Source: Cyanophora paradoxa CCMP329
Lineage: Eukaryota > Plantae > Glaucophyta
Assembly: GCA_004431415.1 (NCBI GenBank)
Contig: QPMI01000627.1
Coordinates: 151,077-215,076, forward strand
Reading direction: 5' to 3'
DNA: 64,000 nt
Below are positions 1-13,712 of the stretch, in pieces. The notes beneath the pieces are model-generated. The model did no database searches and had not been told where the DNA came from. It worked only from the letters and a program-made list of their open reading frames with translations. Position 1 is the first letter of the stretch, and each line of letters begins with the position of its first letter. The position numbers were made by a program, and so were the translations under genes.

Positions 1-3000
1 CGTTTTTGGCGCAGTGCGCTGGGGCGTGCGTACGCACCAGGGCGTGCATTTGGCCGAGCCGTACTCGTTGGTGAAGAGGCCGGCGCCGCAGGGCGCGCAC
101 CCCGCCCCCGTGGAGTTGGCGCCCCCGCCCCCGCGGTACGTTCCCTGAATTTAAAGATTGCGGATTAGTACGTAGTTGCAATTGAGCTCAAGGATTGAAG
201 GGTTTCCTGTCGGATTGCGGAATCCGACAGGGAATCCGTTAACTTAAGATCTCGGATTAGTGCAAAGTTAAGGACTAGCGGCTCGCAGAACTAGTCAAGG
301 ATCCTGTCGTGTTGCAGAATGCAGAACTTCGCACCGGGAAGCAGGGGATGCACGACTTGCGGCTCGAGTCGGCGAAGTAACCCTCGGGACACTCCCGGCA
401 GCCGCCGCCGGCGCCCGGGGCGTCCGAGTATGTGTTCGGCTCGCACTGCGGACATTGAAGCTTAAGCTTTCAAGGCGAAGCTAAGATGGAGGATGGAAGC
501 TTGAGCTTAATTATAAGCGACAGGAGGACACAGGTTTGTATTCTATTCTATTCTATAAATCGATAAGAAGCTTGGAGGAAGCTTGGAGGCATGTTTATAT
601 AGAAGCTTGTTATATAGAGGAGGCATGCCTAGGCTTGGAGGAAGCTTGGAGGCATGCCTAGGCTTCAAGCTTGGAAGCTTGGAGGCATGATTTCGCGCAC
701 TGGGACGCAGGCCGCCGTCCCGTTGGGCATGTAGTACCCCGGCTCGCACTTGACGCACGAGGCGGCGTCGTCGGAGGGGTACGAGCCGAGGGGGCAGGCG
801 CCGCACGCGCCGGCGACGCCCCCCGCGCTGTACGTCCCCTGCGCTCAGATCAAATCAGATCAGATATGAGATATCAGATCAGATCAGATCTGAGCGCGGA
901 CGAACGGACCGGGCGGCAGGCGATGCAGGAGGCCTGGCCCGGAAGCTGGTACGTGCCCGGCGGGCACGCCTCGCACCTCTCGCGGTCCCCGCTCGGGATC
1001 GACCCGGCGGGGCTGCCTCTTGTTTGTTAGAGGGAGCGTTAGAGGGAGGGAAGCAGGGCGCTAGTGCACGTAAATAGACTAAAACTGACTGGATAAATAG
1101 ACTAAAATCGACTGGATACTAGTGCTCTAAGAAGACCAAAGCAGGGCGCCAGTGCACGCACCAGGGGATGCACTCGGTCGAGTTGGCCACTGAAGCGAAT
1201 GCAAAGTGAGCAGAATTCGAAGGCCGCTCGAACAGAGAGGAGGGCTTGCAATTGCGAGATGAAACGTGAAATAAAACGCCGCTAGCGCGGAATCGTCGTG
1301 AAATTAAACGCCGCCCTTAAGCGCCTCGCCTTAAAACGTCTTCTTCTTCTAGATCTTCCTCCTCACCGAGTCAGAGAACGCACGGGGGGCGTGGAGGATG
1401 CCGGGGCAGGGGACGCAGGCGGCGTCCCCCGCGCCGCGCGCCGTGCCCTTCGCGCACGGACGGCACTCGTCCTGCGCCTGCGCGATCTCAGCACACCGCT
1501 CTTGAAAGAAAGGAAGGGCGCGCTTAAATTATTAGCTTTTCCAGCCCGCCGCTCTAATTAACTAGCGCTTTTCCAGCCCGCCGCTCTACTTAGCTTTTCC
1601 AGCCCGCCGCCCTTGAATTGAAGGAGGGGCGGGCGATCGCGAACCTTTGTCGCGGCGCTGCCGGCGGGGCACGCGGCGCAGGCGCCGAGGGCGCCCTCGG
1701 CCGAGACCTCGCCGGGGGGGCAGCCCGAGCAGAGGGCGGCGCCGGGGTACGCGAGGAAGGTCCCGGCCCGGCACCTCTGCGATCGATCGCAATCGGTAGA
1801 CCATTCAGAATCGATATAGTTAATTAGAAGCTTAAAAGCATGAAAAAGACATATGGAATGGGGTGCACCTTGCACTCGCCCGTCCACCTCGAGGTCTCCG
1901 TGTACTGCGAAATCAAATTAAATAAATATTGGGGATGGACCGGGGCCTGACCGGGGATGGACCGGGGCCTGGCCCCCGGGGAATAAATAAATTCGCATGG
2001 ATATCGATAAGCAGATGGATTCAAGATGCGGTTCGCAGTTAGGGCCGCGCGCGGGTTCTCAACTCTAGGTTTGGAAGTCCGATCTCCGCCTTCTCAGCGA
2101 CGCACCTCGTTGGGGGCGCACGGGACGCACAGCCCGCCTTCGACGCCCCGCGTGTTCTGAGGGCACTCTGCGCGATCCGCCGCGGATCAAATCTCGGCGA
2201 TCTCGAGGGAGAGCGAGCGGGAGCTGCGAAGTGGGACCCGGCCGCCACAGCTCACCGGTGCACGAGCCGGCCCCGGCCTCCGAGCGCGTGCCGAGGGGGC
2301 AGGGCGTGCACGCCGTGGATCCCGCCTCGGCGAACGTGCCCTGCAATTGCAAGCGACGTTGAATACAATGGCACGCGCACGCGTACCGAGTTTCGAGCGG
2401 CGCCGCACGCACCGCGGGGCACGTCGCCGCCTCGACGACGCCGAGCAGGCCGCCCTGGCTGGAGTAGGTCCCTGAAAAAGCCGGCGAGCGCCGTAAATAA
2501 TAAGCCGGCAAGGTTAAGCAAGGTTAATTATAAGCAATGTTAAGCAATAGTAAGCCGGCAACCAAGCAAGCAGGCACGACCACACAAATCTTCTTCTTAG
2601 ATCCCTCCTTAGATAGGAGCACACGCATGCAAGCTGCAATTGCAAGCAAGCACGACCCTACAAATCTTCTTCTTATAATTAGCTATAGCGCACCGGCGGG
2701 GAGGGGCGCGCAGTCGGTCGCGGAGGGGACGAGGAGCGAGGCGGGGTCGAAGGCCGTCCCCGCGGGGCAGTCGACCCGCACCTTCAGAACCATCGCACTG
2801 CGGAAGGTTCGAAGTTCCATCAGCTATGTCGGCGGCATATATTACATCCGGCTTGTCTCAGCTTATCAACGCGCTATCGCATTATACTGGGCATCATATA
2901 TAATGAGCGTCTCCTTTGGGCGTGGCGCACGGCTGGCGGCTCCAGAAGACGAGGAAGGGGGCTTCCGCGAAGGGGATGGAGGGGTCGTCCTCAAACATGG

Positions 3001-6000
3001 CCCCGCTGCAGCCGGGAGCCCGAGTGAGCGGCACGAACAGCGAACGGTTCAGGAAGGAGTGACGGTCTATGCGCAATGCAATTTACAAGCCCATAGCTTA
3101 TAGATATTACATTTGTAATCTAGATTACAAGTCTAGATCGGTATTCGGCGCACCTGGAGAAGTCTTCGACGACGGACCCGCCGAGGATGCCGCCGGGCAG
3201 CGTCGAGATCACCGCGACGGCCGGGCCCATGCCCGCCGCCTCGTCCGCCCCGCTCACCTGGAGGAGGAATTTACACACTAAAGGAACGCGATAAATCGAA
3301 CAACGGAGAACAACTCTCGGAGGCCCAGGGACGGTATCAGTTAATATCGATTTCGCCCGCACCTTGATGAGCTCGGCCGAGGGCCCGCGGTAGCTCCGGC
3401 GCTTCATGCGAAGGTTGGTGTCGTAGGCGATCGGCGAGGACCCTGCGCGACGTAAACGACATCGCTAATCAGAAGGAGGCGCGAAATATTCCTAGCTAGG
3501 CCCCGCGCACTCCCGAATTCTCTGAAGTACGCGGCTACTAAGGAACTAAGTGGTATAAGGAAAAATCTAATAAGACATTACATGATTCTAACATTGAAAT
3601 CACGCGGACGCACCCCCGAACTCTCTGAAGTACGTGTTCCCCTTCGTGTGGCGCTCCCGCACCACATACAGGACTCCATCCTGCGCGCCCATTTAATTTC
3701 CATCACGTCATAACTTCTTTAGCTTCTTGCATCTAAGATCTTATCGAAATCGACATCACTATGATCGAATATTGGAGACGCGCACGTATCAGCTTCCGCC
3801 TCATCATCTAGCTTCCGTCTTACGACTGTAACTCTCTCTTTTTGATTCTAATCGACATCGAAATCACTATGATCGAATGTTAAAGATGCATGCGCACCTT
3901 GTACACGGCCGCGGGGAGGCTGTACCACTCCTCGGGAGAGGGCCGCCAGCCCGCGGGCAGGAGCCGCAGCCGGCCGGTCTCCGCTCCACCCTAATAAAAA
4001 CGCGTTATATTAACGTTGGTCATTGCCGAAATCCACTCCGATATATAGCGATCGATATCGAGTGCGGGGCCCGGGGATATCTAATCTAAACGCGTTGTTA
4101 TATCTCATCTAACTAGCGATCGCGTTGTTATATCTAATCTAACTAACGATCGATTGCGGGGCCCGGGGACGCCGCACCATCGCGGTTTGCAGGGCGCTCG
4201 GCTTGGCGAACCGAACCACCTCGTCGGCCGTCACGTAGAACCCGTGTCTGCGCCCCTCGACCCACCGCCCCGACAGCGCCTGATCATGAGCAGCATCAGC
4301 AAGCGTTGTGGGCCGGGCGTACAGCGATCGTGAGCGAGACGTAGAGAAATCGCATGCATGTGCGCACCCCAACGTCGGGCGCGGCGATTCCGGGGCGCTC
4401 GTTCTGCACGAGCCACAAGTGCTTCCAATCCACGAAATCGCTGAAGAGGGGTCAGAGGGAGGGCAAGCGTCGAGAGAGCGCGCGCGCACTGGCGGATTAC
4501 GCGCGGCGGCCCGAGGGCCGCGGCCGCGGGGAGGCAGCGCCACTCGGAGGCGGCGGCGTCCCACGCGCAGCCGCGGGTCGGGTCCCTCCCCTCCACGCCT
4601 CCCACGTACATCCTCGAGGTCGAGGTGAAGCCCTTATAATAATTACGGAATCGAAGGCGGCAGTTAGTAAATACTGTAGTACAAAGGCCGTCATGATCAG
4701 GACGGACCATGTCGTTGATGTACGTCATCTCTCCCATGCCTCCGCCGCCGCCGCCGATATCAATGATTTCAATGACCTCGCCCGGGCCGGGAAGGTCGAT
4801 GGGGCCCGGGGCGGGAAGGCCCGGATCGATGGGATTGAGGGCGTCGCCGGCCTCGGCGGGCGAGGTCGCCGCGGGCCGCTCCGTCACGATGCTACCCCCT
4901 TCGCAGTTGTCGCTGTTCCAGCGGCACTCGGGCGACCGGTCGACGCCCCACGGCGCCTCAGCCGTCTGGTTCGGCCCGTCCACCCTCCACGAGTAAATCA
5001 CGGTCGCGAAGGCTGCATGGCGGAGCAGCGGAACGAGTCGGAAATGCGCGGATCTGATGCATGAATTCGAAGCGGCAGAGATCTGATCTTGAACGCACCG
5101 ATGGTTCCCGGGCAGATGAGGCGCGAGCTTTCGACGAATGCCGCCTGCGTGGGAATGCGTCAAGCTCTCGCATCAATTTCGCTTTTTAAATTTGAGAGAC
5201 TACGATGCACGCGGGGCGAATCCCCAATTGCAATCCCTTTAGCTGAAAGAATTGAATAGCTTGAGATAATCATGATTCAATATCGATGAGCCTCGAGCTC
5301 ACCTCGGGACACTGGCCGAAAGAGGTGGTAGCACACTGGTCGAGTTCACTTGAAGCGCTCCTGTTGCCCGAGTGCTCCGGAAAGAGGGGTACGCGGAGGA
5401 TGGCGCGCGCCGTGAGAGTACCCCCCGGCTCCATGATGGGATCAAGCTCGACGGCAACGACGACAGAGGCGGGGGGGTAAGACTCCGCGCTCGGCGTCTG
5501 GACTCTGCACCCTGTCACGCCGGAAGGGAAAATGCGATTCCCGATGGAGTCGGCGCGGTAGATTCCCCTCGCGGAAGCGCTGTACACCGGGAGCCCGAGT
5601 GCAGCCGGCTCGACGGGTACAGGCAGGTCGATGCCGCCCGAGACTCGGCAGAGGCGCAGGCGGGATATGATCTCAAGCTAAGGGGGGTGGTTAACTGTAG
5701 GTGGGGATGAGAGGGCGGGGTACACATTATTACCGATGGATTCCTGAGGAAGGATGCGAACTTAAACATGCCCCGGCCCCAAGTCGCGAAGGTCTAGTCG
5801 AGCAGCTCGAATTAGTCGACGAAGAGAGAAGAAATAATAGGAAATCAATCGCAAAAAGCAAGTTCAAGGGAACTCTGAAAGCAGGGACGCGACTCGCCTG
5901 CGTATCATACAGGAACCAGCTGGCGGGTTCACTCAGCGTTAGGCGCGCACGTGCACAGAGTAATTGGAAGGGGCGCGGAACAAAGCGAAAGCGCAAGGGC

Positions 6001-9000
6001 GCACCTTGTGTCGTCGTTCACTGAGGTAGACTGCATCTGCACCCCCGGATCCAGGTCGACATCGTCGTACGCGTCCTGTTCGCTCCGAACCGGATATCGA
6101 TTGAGCAACTCGAGTCGACGTGACGCGGAGGTCGTGAAATATATATACACACACCGCGAATGCGGGGCAGCCGGCGGGGCCGGTGTCGAGGGGGTACAGG
6201 CTGCGGGCCGCCCGCTCCCCCACGAGGCCTGTCGAAGCGGACCGCGCCACCGTGTACCCCAGCGACTCCGCCTGCGCACGCGCCGCAATCGCGATCGCGG
6301 CGGATCGGGGTGAGAGAGAGTCTCGGGCTCAACTCTCGTAAGTTTGTATCTAAATATTAATCTTATTTTTTTTTGGTGAATTACCGGCCACAGCCTCTAG
6401 TCTACTCCAGCACTGTGGGGGCGTGTACAGGCAAGGTGGGGCATGATCGATCGGAATTATGTGGAACGGGCGGGATTTGAAGGCGTGATTCTCATCGCAG
6501 GGCGATTCGAACACGGAAGGCATGCATCGGAAAGCGTGTATGATAACCACACCGCTATGAGCGGGGGCTAAAGGTTAGCAGCGCTAGCGCTTTCTAGTAG
6601 ATAACTTCAATGTAATGCCATGATGGGGGCGGATCGGGGTGAGAGCTCGATCGCGAGTGCGAAGTTTAAGGCTACAATCCGCGTCTCAGGCTCAACTTTC
6701 GTAATTTCGTATTTAGATCTTAAAGGTCATAATTCGTAGCGCTACTTCTTTCTAGTAGAGAACTTAAATTGTAATGGGGCTCGATCGCGAGTGCAAAGGT
6801 TGCAATAGTCATCCGCGTCTCAGGCTCAACTTTCACAATTATGTAAGTTCGTATCTAGATCTAAAAGGTTAGCAGCGCTAGCGCTTGCTAGTGGGGGGCG
6901 GGGGGCGCGGGGGGGGGGGGGGGGGGGGGATCCGGAGGGGCGGGGTACGGGAGCGCACGTGGAGCATGTGGGCGCGGAGTTGGCCCCCAGTGAACGATTC
7001 GAGAAAAAGCGTCCCGAACAGGCCCAGAAAGCCCAAACTGCCCACCGGAAATTACAGCATTAATCATAGAGCTCCAGAGGAGGCGCGCGAATCGTGGAGG
7101 GGGGTACACGCACTCTTCGCTCGCAACGTCGGCGGCGTACGAGGCACGGACGCGGACCTCCCGCTCGAATCGAGCGCGGTACCTGAGATCCCGCTACATA
7201 TTTAGAGCGCGCAAAGATATATAACTACAAGCTAACAAGTGGAAAATTTAGATAACTACAAGCGATAAAGAAGAGGCACCAGCGGAAATCGTGTGAGAAG
7301 GAGCGGGCCCAGCGGGCAAAGGCGAACGGGTCCGGATCCGCGCACTGGGTCGAGGTCGGCCACTTCGGGACGAAACCGCAAGGGCGTCAGTACAGGGGAG
7401 GGCCGGAGGGGGGGGAGGTGAAGTGGGGGGCGGCTTGATGAAACCGCGTGGGGGGTACAATCAATCTCACCTGGTCCAGGGCGTCGAGGAGAGGGGGTAG
7501 GCTCGGCAGACCCCGAAAGGGATCGGAGGTGGGCCGGGTTCGGCTGCAGCGAAAAGGTCAGCGAAAGCTTCTGTTATTAATAAGAACGTCTATCGCTCTT
7601 GAATTTCTTGAGACAGGGGGGGCTCGATCTCCTAGCGCACGAGCAGTTGGCGAAGGCGTAGGAGGACCACGATTCTCATCAAAGTCTAATGCTTTGATCT
7701 TATTGAAAAACTAGCTTCTGTTATAAACGTCTGATGTTTTGATCTTATTGAAAAGCTAGCTTCTGTTATTGACGTCTAATGCTTTGATCTTATTGAAAAG
7801 CGGGGGGCTGCCAGCGCACGAGCAGTTGGCAAAGGCGTAGGAGGACCACGCTGCTCCCGCGAAGTGGAGGCAGGCCCGCGCCGTGACGCACTGCGCCGCG
7901 CGCGCCGCGCCGGCCGCGGGAGTTAGAAGGAGAGAAGAGCGGACGAAGACGCCCGTGGCGAGCTTGAGGCGGACCTGAATGGCGGGGCTAGGGAGGAAGT
8001 ATGTGTTCGACACGGGCGAGCACTGCGGGAGCTGGTCATGGCCAGTGCACGTGCATGCAAGCCAAGGGCCGCCCTCCGGCCATGGATCGGGGCTGCAGCG
8101 GTCCGTCGCGAACCAGATCGGGGTTGCAGCGGTCGCGATCGAGCCGGCGGCCGGCCTTCGCCTCGTTCCCGATGGGCTGGGCTTCCCCCGCCGACCCCAC
8201 CAGCGCCTCGTCCACGCTTGTGGCCGCGGCGATCCAGTCACGCTGCAGCAGGTCTCAGGAGCGAGCGAGATCGAGCAGAAGGATGGACAGAAGGGTGGGG
8301 GGTGGGGGGGGGGGTGGGGGGGGTAGACCTCGACGCCGTCGCGGTCCCCCGGCCGCCCGTGCCTGTCCAGGTCGTGCGGCTGGGGTACGTGTAAAAGGGC
8401 GCGGTCAGGTCGGAGTGGCAGGGGGTCAAGAGGGGAGGAGGTGGGGGGGGGGGGGGGAACTTGAAGGGGGAAGGGGCGGAGTGGAGCGGGGGAAGGGTGG
8501 AAGGTGGCGGGGCCCGGGTGGTTGGGTTGGAGGAGGGAAGGGGGAGGGGGGGGGGGTAAAGAGGGAGGGGGGGGAGGGCCAGGAGGGCGGGGGGGGAAGA
8601 GGGGGGGGTAGTGGTCTGTGCAAGGAGAGGAGAAGGGTGCGGGAGGCGGGGGATGAGGAAGGGCGAAGAGGGGATGCGGGGTGGGGGAAGAGGGGGGGGG
8701 AAGGGCAGAGGGGATGCAGGGGGGGGGGAGAGGGGGGAAGAGGGACGCTGGGGACCGGAGCTCGAGGTAGGGGGTAAAGGATCCGGAAAAGGAAGGGGAA
8801 GAGCGCGCACCCAGAATGGGGTGAGAGATGAGTAGGCAAACGCGGTAGGCTCGAGCTCTGTACATGTTCTGCATCAGCTGCAGGCACCCGAGCTTAATTA
8901 ATATTCCAGGCACAGAGAAGCTTTCACCGGCTATGCCGTCGGCGGGTCCCATCTGGGAGGGGACGCAGCACACGTCAGATGCGGGGAAGAACGCACGAGC

Positions 9001-9743
9001 GGCGAGCCGCTCCGCACCGTTTCGAGCCGCCGCAGGGTCTGGCACGCCGAGATTGCCAGATCGTAGACGCCTGCGCCGAACGCGCCGCGCCGCAGCTCCG
9101 ATGTCAGCCCCTCCTGAACACACGGGTACAGGCTGCGTCTAGCCGTCTATATCTAGATAGTTTCTCAAAACCAAAGAGGCGGAGGGGGCGTTCAAGGGCG
9201 GGGGGGGGAGTTGAGGGGGCAGGCAGGCGAGGGGTACACGAACAGAGGAGGAGCCCCCCTTCGAGCCCGCGGAGGACCAGCGCGAGCCTCTGCGACGGGG
9301 CGAGGCTCTCGACGCCGTACCCCGGCAGAAGTGCTGCGAAGAGCAGCTCCGAGGCGCCCGCGGCGCTGTTCAGGTAGACGCCTGCGGGGACCGGGGGGTC
9401 CGGTCAAACGCCGGCGCCGGCCCGCCTAGGGCTGAATGGGAGGGGGGCGCGCGGGGGCGCGTGGGGTACCGTTCTGGGCCGCGAGGCCCGTCCCGACTAG
9501 CTGCGACATCGAAAGGGCCAGGATGGCCAGCAGGAGGCCTGCGCCGACCTTGACGCACGGCCGCGCGCCTCGCCCCGCGCCGCGGCCGGCACGGCGCCGG
9601 CCGTCCAAGTCCGCCGCCGCACCGGTACCACGCGCACATTCGCATGTACAGTGCGCGAGGTCGACATTCGCGTCAATTGCACGCGCTGACAGCTGGGTTT
9701 CGGCCTGCCGTCGCCGTCGCACGCGCACGCGCACGCCGAACAT
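1..9743 (-). CDS. Large multi-exon secreted/cell-surface protein with C-terminal Cys-rich (GCC2/GCC3, ephrin-receptor/TNFR-like CxxCPxG) repeats; 3' end runs off the window, may be more than one gene
   Basis: Minus-strand exons between GT(GCG)...CAG introns translate to CEPNTYSDAPGAGGGCRECPEGYFADSSRKSCIPC (~333-447), CGACPLGSYPSDDAASCVKCEPGYY (~700-840), CEACPPGTYQLPGQASCIAC (~910-1018) and GTFAEAGSTACTPCPLGT (~2260-2340). A hydrophobic signal-like segment GLLLAILALSMSQLVGTGLA lies at ~9480-9545. Start codon uncertain. Confidence 0.6.
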
Positions 9744-10004
9744 GTTGCGGCCGCTTTCGCTCTCATGATCATGATCATGATAGATATCCATCTTGGCGCC
9801 GAGCCGCGGCACGCGGCCGCGGTGCACGTGCACGCAGCCGTGGCCATGCATATTGGCGACTAGAGCTATCCGATGATCGATGTCGCTTGCGTTGGTCTTG
9901 CAATCCGTTCTCGGCGCCAGCATATGCATTCGATGTATGCTGCTATAGCTAGCGCTGCGCATCATGGCATACGGTATGCACCGTCGCACCCGCGCCGCCG
10001 CGCC

Positions 10005-10041
<37 letters not shown>

Positions 10042-10137
10042 AAGTTTTAGGCTTTTAGCTGTAGGCTTCGCTGCAGCCTGCGGCTGCCTTCGCACTGTTC
10101 GCAGCACATCGATGGAGCGAATTGAACGACGCTGCTT

Positions 10138-10500
10138 GGCCGTATTTCGCTGTCGCCCACTACGTAGTGAAAATTAACTGCGGGGAAAAAAGTGTGATGC
10201 CATGATGATGTAAGTGTCGCCTCGGTGGCGCTTCCTCCGAGCTCGTAGTGTGTTGATACTTTGCGTACCCGTCCGCTACTGGCTTTCTATTGGCTGTTTT
10301 ACTAGAAATCCTAAGAACGTAGCTTACGATGACGGGCGCTGATCGTAAAGAATTAGCGCCCGCGTTAGCTACGTCGAGACTCCAAATTACTTCGAAATTA
10401 ACCTGACATCATGCAAAACGTGACATCACCGTCATGTTTTAACTACGTAGTGCTTACGTAGCGCGGCTCCCATACAAATCCCCGACAGCGAAATACGGCC
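10138..10500. mobile_element. 363-bp MITE, PIF/Harbinger-like
   Basis: Perfect 18-bp TIR GGCCGTATTTCGCTGTCG (10138-10155) / CGACAGCGAAATACGGCC (10483-10500); 3-bp CTT on both sides; no ORF. Confidence 0.75.
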
Positions 10501-10996
10501 CTTCTTACAAGCTTGCGGACCCTTAACTTGCAGGCGCTGCGAGCTACTAGACGGGTACTAGTATCCGAGTACTACGGTACTGGGGCACAGAGCTACTAGG
10601 CGCTGCGTAATCCATGCATGCAAGTACTAGCATTCGTACGCGTGTTAACTTAATATTTTAATATTTCCTGTATACCAGGCTGTATGATACTATGATACGT
10701 AGGTAGCCACTACCGTAGTACTAGCCGCTGAGCCAGGCTAAGCCAGCTAATAGCCAGCCGACGTCTGGGCCGCAGATGGCAGAGGAAGAATTCATGATCA
10801 TCAAATCCAGAAGGCTGGCAGAAGCCCGAGGCCAAGCAGCCGCCACTGGCCCGGCAGCCGATCGAGCCCATCGCAGCTCCCGCATTCGAACTTCTAATCA
10901 TGGTTTGCATTTCTCGCGCGCTGCGCTCGCGACGGGCGACCCTACCACGAGCTAGCTACCAGGCTACGGCCTCGCCGTACTAGTACTGGGGCAGTG

Positions 10997-13558
10997 CTAC
11001 TCGCTGCCGCCGGCGGCCTCCGAGGCGCCCGCCGCGTTGTCGGGCGGGGCGGGGCGCGCCTCCGAGCGCGACCGGCCGCGGCCGCCGGGTGGCCCGCGCT
11101 GCCGCAGCGCCAGAGCCTCTTTCGACTTCTGCGGGAGGGGGGCGAGGATGTTAGGAAGGGGTCGGCGCGCCCAGCATGCATGCGGGGCGGCCGGGCCGCG
11201 AGCCGTGGGGCGTGCACGTGCCTGAAGCTTCGCGCTCGCGACGGCCAGGTCCTGCTCCCTTCCCATCCGTCTGCGGGACGGGAACGTCAGACAGGGCGCG
11301 CGGCGCGCCGGCGCCGCTTCGCTTCGAGGGGTACGGGCGCACTGGAGCGCGAAGCAGAGCGTGCGGAGGATGCTGGGGGGTACGTCGATCCCGCGGGCGT
11401 CCGCGCGGCGGACGACGGCGAGGGCCTGGCTCAGGCGGACGTGCCTCCGGGCCTCCTGGTCCGCCTCCGAGGAGCCGCCGCTCCGCGCCTCGGGCCCCCA
11501 GCGAGGCCTGAGTACCCCGGCGCTGTGAAGGGGGTCCTCCTGGTCGACGGGTATGGGCGCATCGTCGTCCCACTCGCACAGCGAGCGAACGAAGAGTCCT
11601 AGAGCGAACGAAGGGCCGTGAGTGGGGTACAGGCCTCGAAATTCGGGTGGGGTACCGTATGTGTGGCTGCTAGGGGGGTAGTCGGAGCCGTCCTTCTCCA
11701 TCTCCTTGAGGAGGGTCCACGCGGGGGAGTACCGGCGCGACTGGCCCCGGGCGTGAGCGCAGGGGGGGGGGGGGGGGGGGGGGAGGAGGAGGAGGAGGGC
11801 GGGGGGGCACCTTGAGCATGCCCTCGATGTACGAGGCGAGGTGAACGAAGGTTAGCTCAAAGTCGTCCCGGTTCTGTACCCGGGGAGGGGGGGAGGTAAG
11901 GAGGGTGGAGTGGCGCCCCGGGGGTACGGGAAGCTCGCCCTGAGGGAAGTGAAGAGCTCCGCGAGCTCCTGGTACCGCCCCTGCTTCGCGTAGAGGTTCA
12001 TCACCATGCTGCGGGGGGTACGCCTCAGCCTCGGCTCGGATCGGATCGGATCGAGCCGGATCGGGCTCTGACCTGACGGTGTACCCGTCCACGGGGACGT
12101 CGCGGGTGCGCATGCGGGTCCAGTACTCCTCGGCGCGCTTGAAGCGGCCGTCCCGCAGGCAGATGCGGATCGCCGAGTTGTAGATGGGCGTCGCGGGGCC
12201 CTCGAAATCGTTGCGAGAGAAGGCGAGCTCCACAGCGTCCGACGCCATCTTGTGCCCTGCTCAGACGGGCTCAGGCTCAGGTGAGCCGCCCGCCCGGCTC
12301 CGATCCGATCCGATCCGTGACTCACCGTAGACGGTGTGGATCGCGTCGATGACGGTGCTGTACACGTACGCCGGCGGCCGTTGCCGATCCACGGCGCGCA
12401 TCTCGTCTGCGGCGGGGCTCGCTCTGGGGTACTACTGCTACTGGCGCGCCCGGCGCCCGGCGCGGGGTACGGGCTCACCGAGGATCTTGGGTACCTGCTC
12501 GATCTCGCCCGAGAGGATGAGGGCGCGAGCCCAGGAGGCGTACAGTGCGCCGTCCGGGGAGTACCCCTTCTCCCGCATCGAGGCGAGGACCTCGTGGTAG
12601 CCCTCCCAGTCGCCCTGGGAGAGGCGGGCGGCGGCCGCGGCACGGTACCCCGGGGCGTCCACGGCGCGGTCCTTAGAGTCGATGATGGCGAAGGCAGAGC
12701 GGAGGGCTGGCATCGAGGCCCGCGCGGCCTGCACGAGGAGAGCCTGTAGAAACGCATCCAGATCGACATCGCTCGCCACTGCCGCGCGGAATCGTCCGTC
12801 AGAGCGCTGCGCGCACGTGCTTTGGCGATCGCTTCGCGGGCGCACCGCTGCCGGATTCGATTGCATGCAGCATGGCGCCCACAGCGTCCATGTCCTCCCT
12901 CCGCAGCGCCGAGCGGATCAGGCGGGAGACCTGGTGCTCTCGGATTCCGTTCCACAGTCCCCCTTGCCTCGTTGAGCGCGGCCGCGGCCGCCGCCGCGCG
13001 GACGACTCAGCGGCGCCGCCGCTATCGCCTTCCTCGCCGGACCGCTCGCCTTCCGCCGCCTCCTCGTCCCCCCGAGGGAAGCGCCGCGGATACGGTCTCC
13101 TTCTTGCCGCTTGTCCGCTGCTTGCTTCAGAGCCGCCCGTTTCGACGCGCGGGTCGCCCGCGCCAGCCGACGCGAGCGGGCCCCGGTTCGTCGACTCTTG
13201 CGTCCGGGCCCTCCCGCCTTCCCGAGGCACGTGCTCGATCTCAATCTGCTGGATCTCGACGATATGCATAAACTCCACAGGGGAGCGCCGCAGCGCCGGC
13301 CGTCGCCGGGGGCCGAACAAGGTGCCGGCCGCGCGAGCCACGAGCGAGGGCCCCGACGTGAGCGGCCGCCCTTTCAACGCCGCTCCAAGGCAAGCTGCGC
13401 GGCCGCGAGCACGGCGGCGCGTCAGGCGGCGGGGCGTCGGGTTGGCTGGGGATCGGGCGCTGTGGGGGGGGCACGGCAGCGCCGGTAGACGCACTATTTG
13501 GGGCGCTCCACATTGCCCGCAGCGGCCCGCGCGCTGCAGCCGCCACGCGCCACGCCAT
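10997..13558 (-). CDS. Pentatricopeptide-repeat (PPR) protein, multi-exon, probably organelle-targeted
   Basis: PPR-like units YNSAIRICLRDGRFKRAEEYWTRMRTRDVPVDGYT, SMVMNLYAKQGRYQELAELF and LASMREKGYSPDGALYASWARALILSGEIEQV. Arg/Ala-rich N-terminus MAWRVAAAARGPLRAMWS. Confidence 0.75.
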
Positions 13559-13712
13559 CGCTTTGCACGTTCGTACCCCAAGCGGTTCTGCTCCCCCTTA
13601 GCTCCCCTTAGGCTCCTTGGCTTCGTTCGCCCTTCGCCATCGTGATTGCGGAGTTGAGCAATGGCCATTTTGACGGCGCCGGCCCCATATATGCATATGC
13701 CCCCATTGTGTA

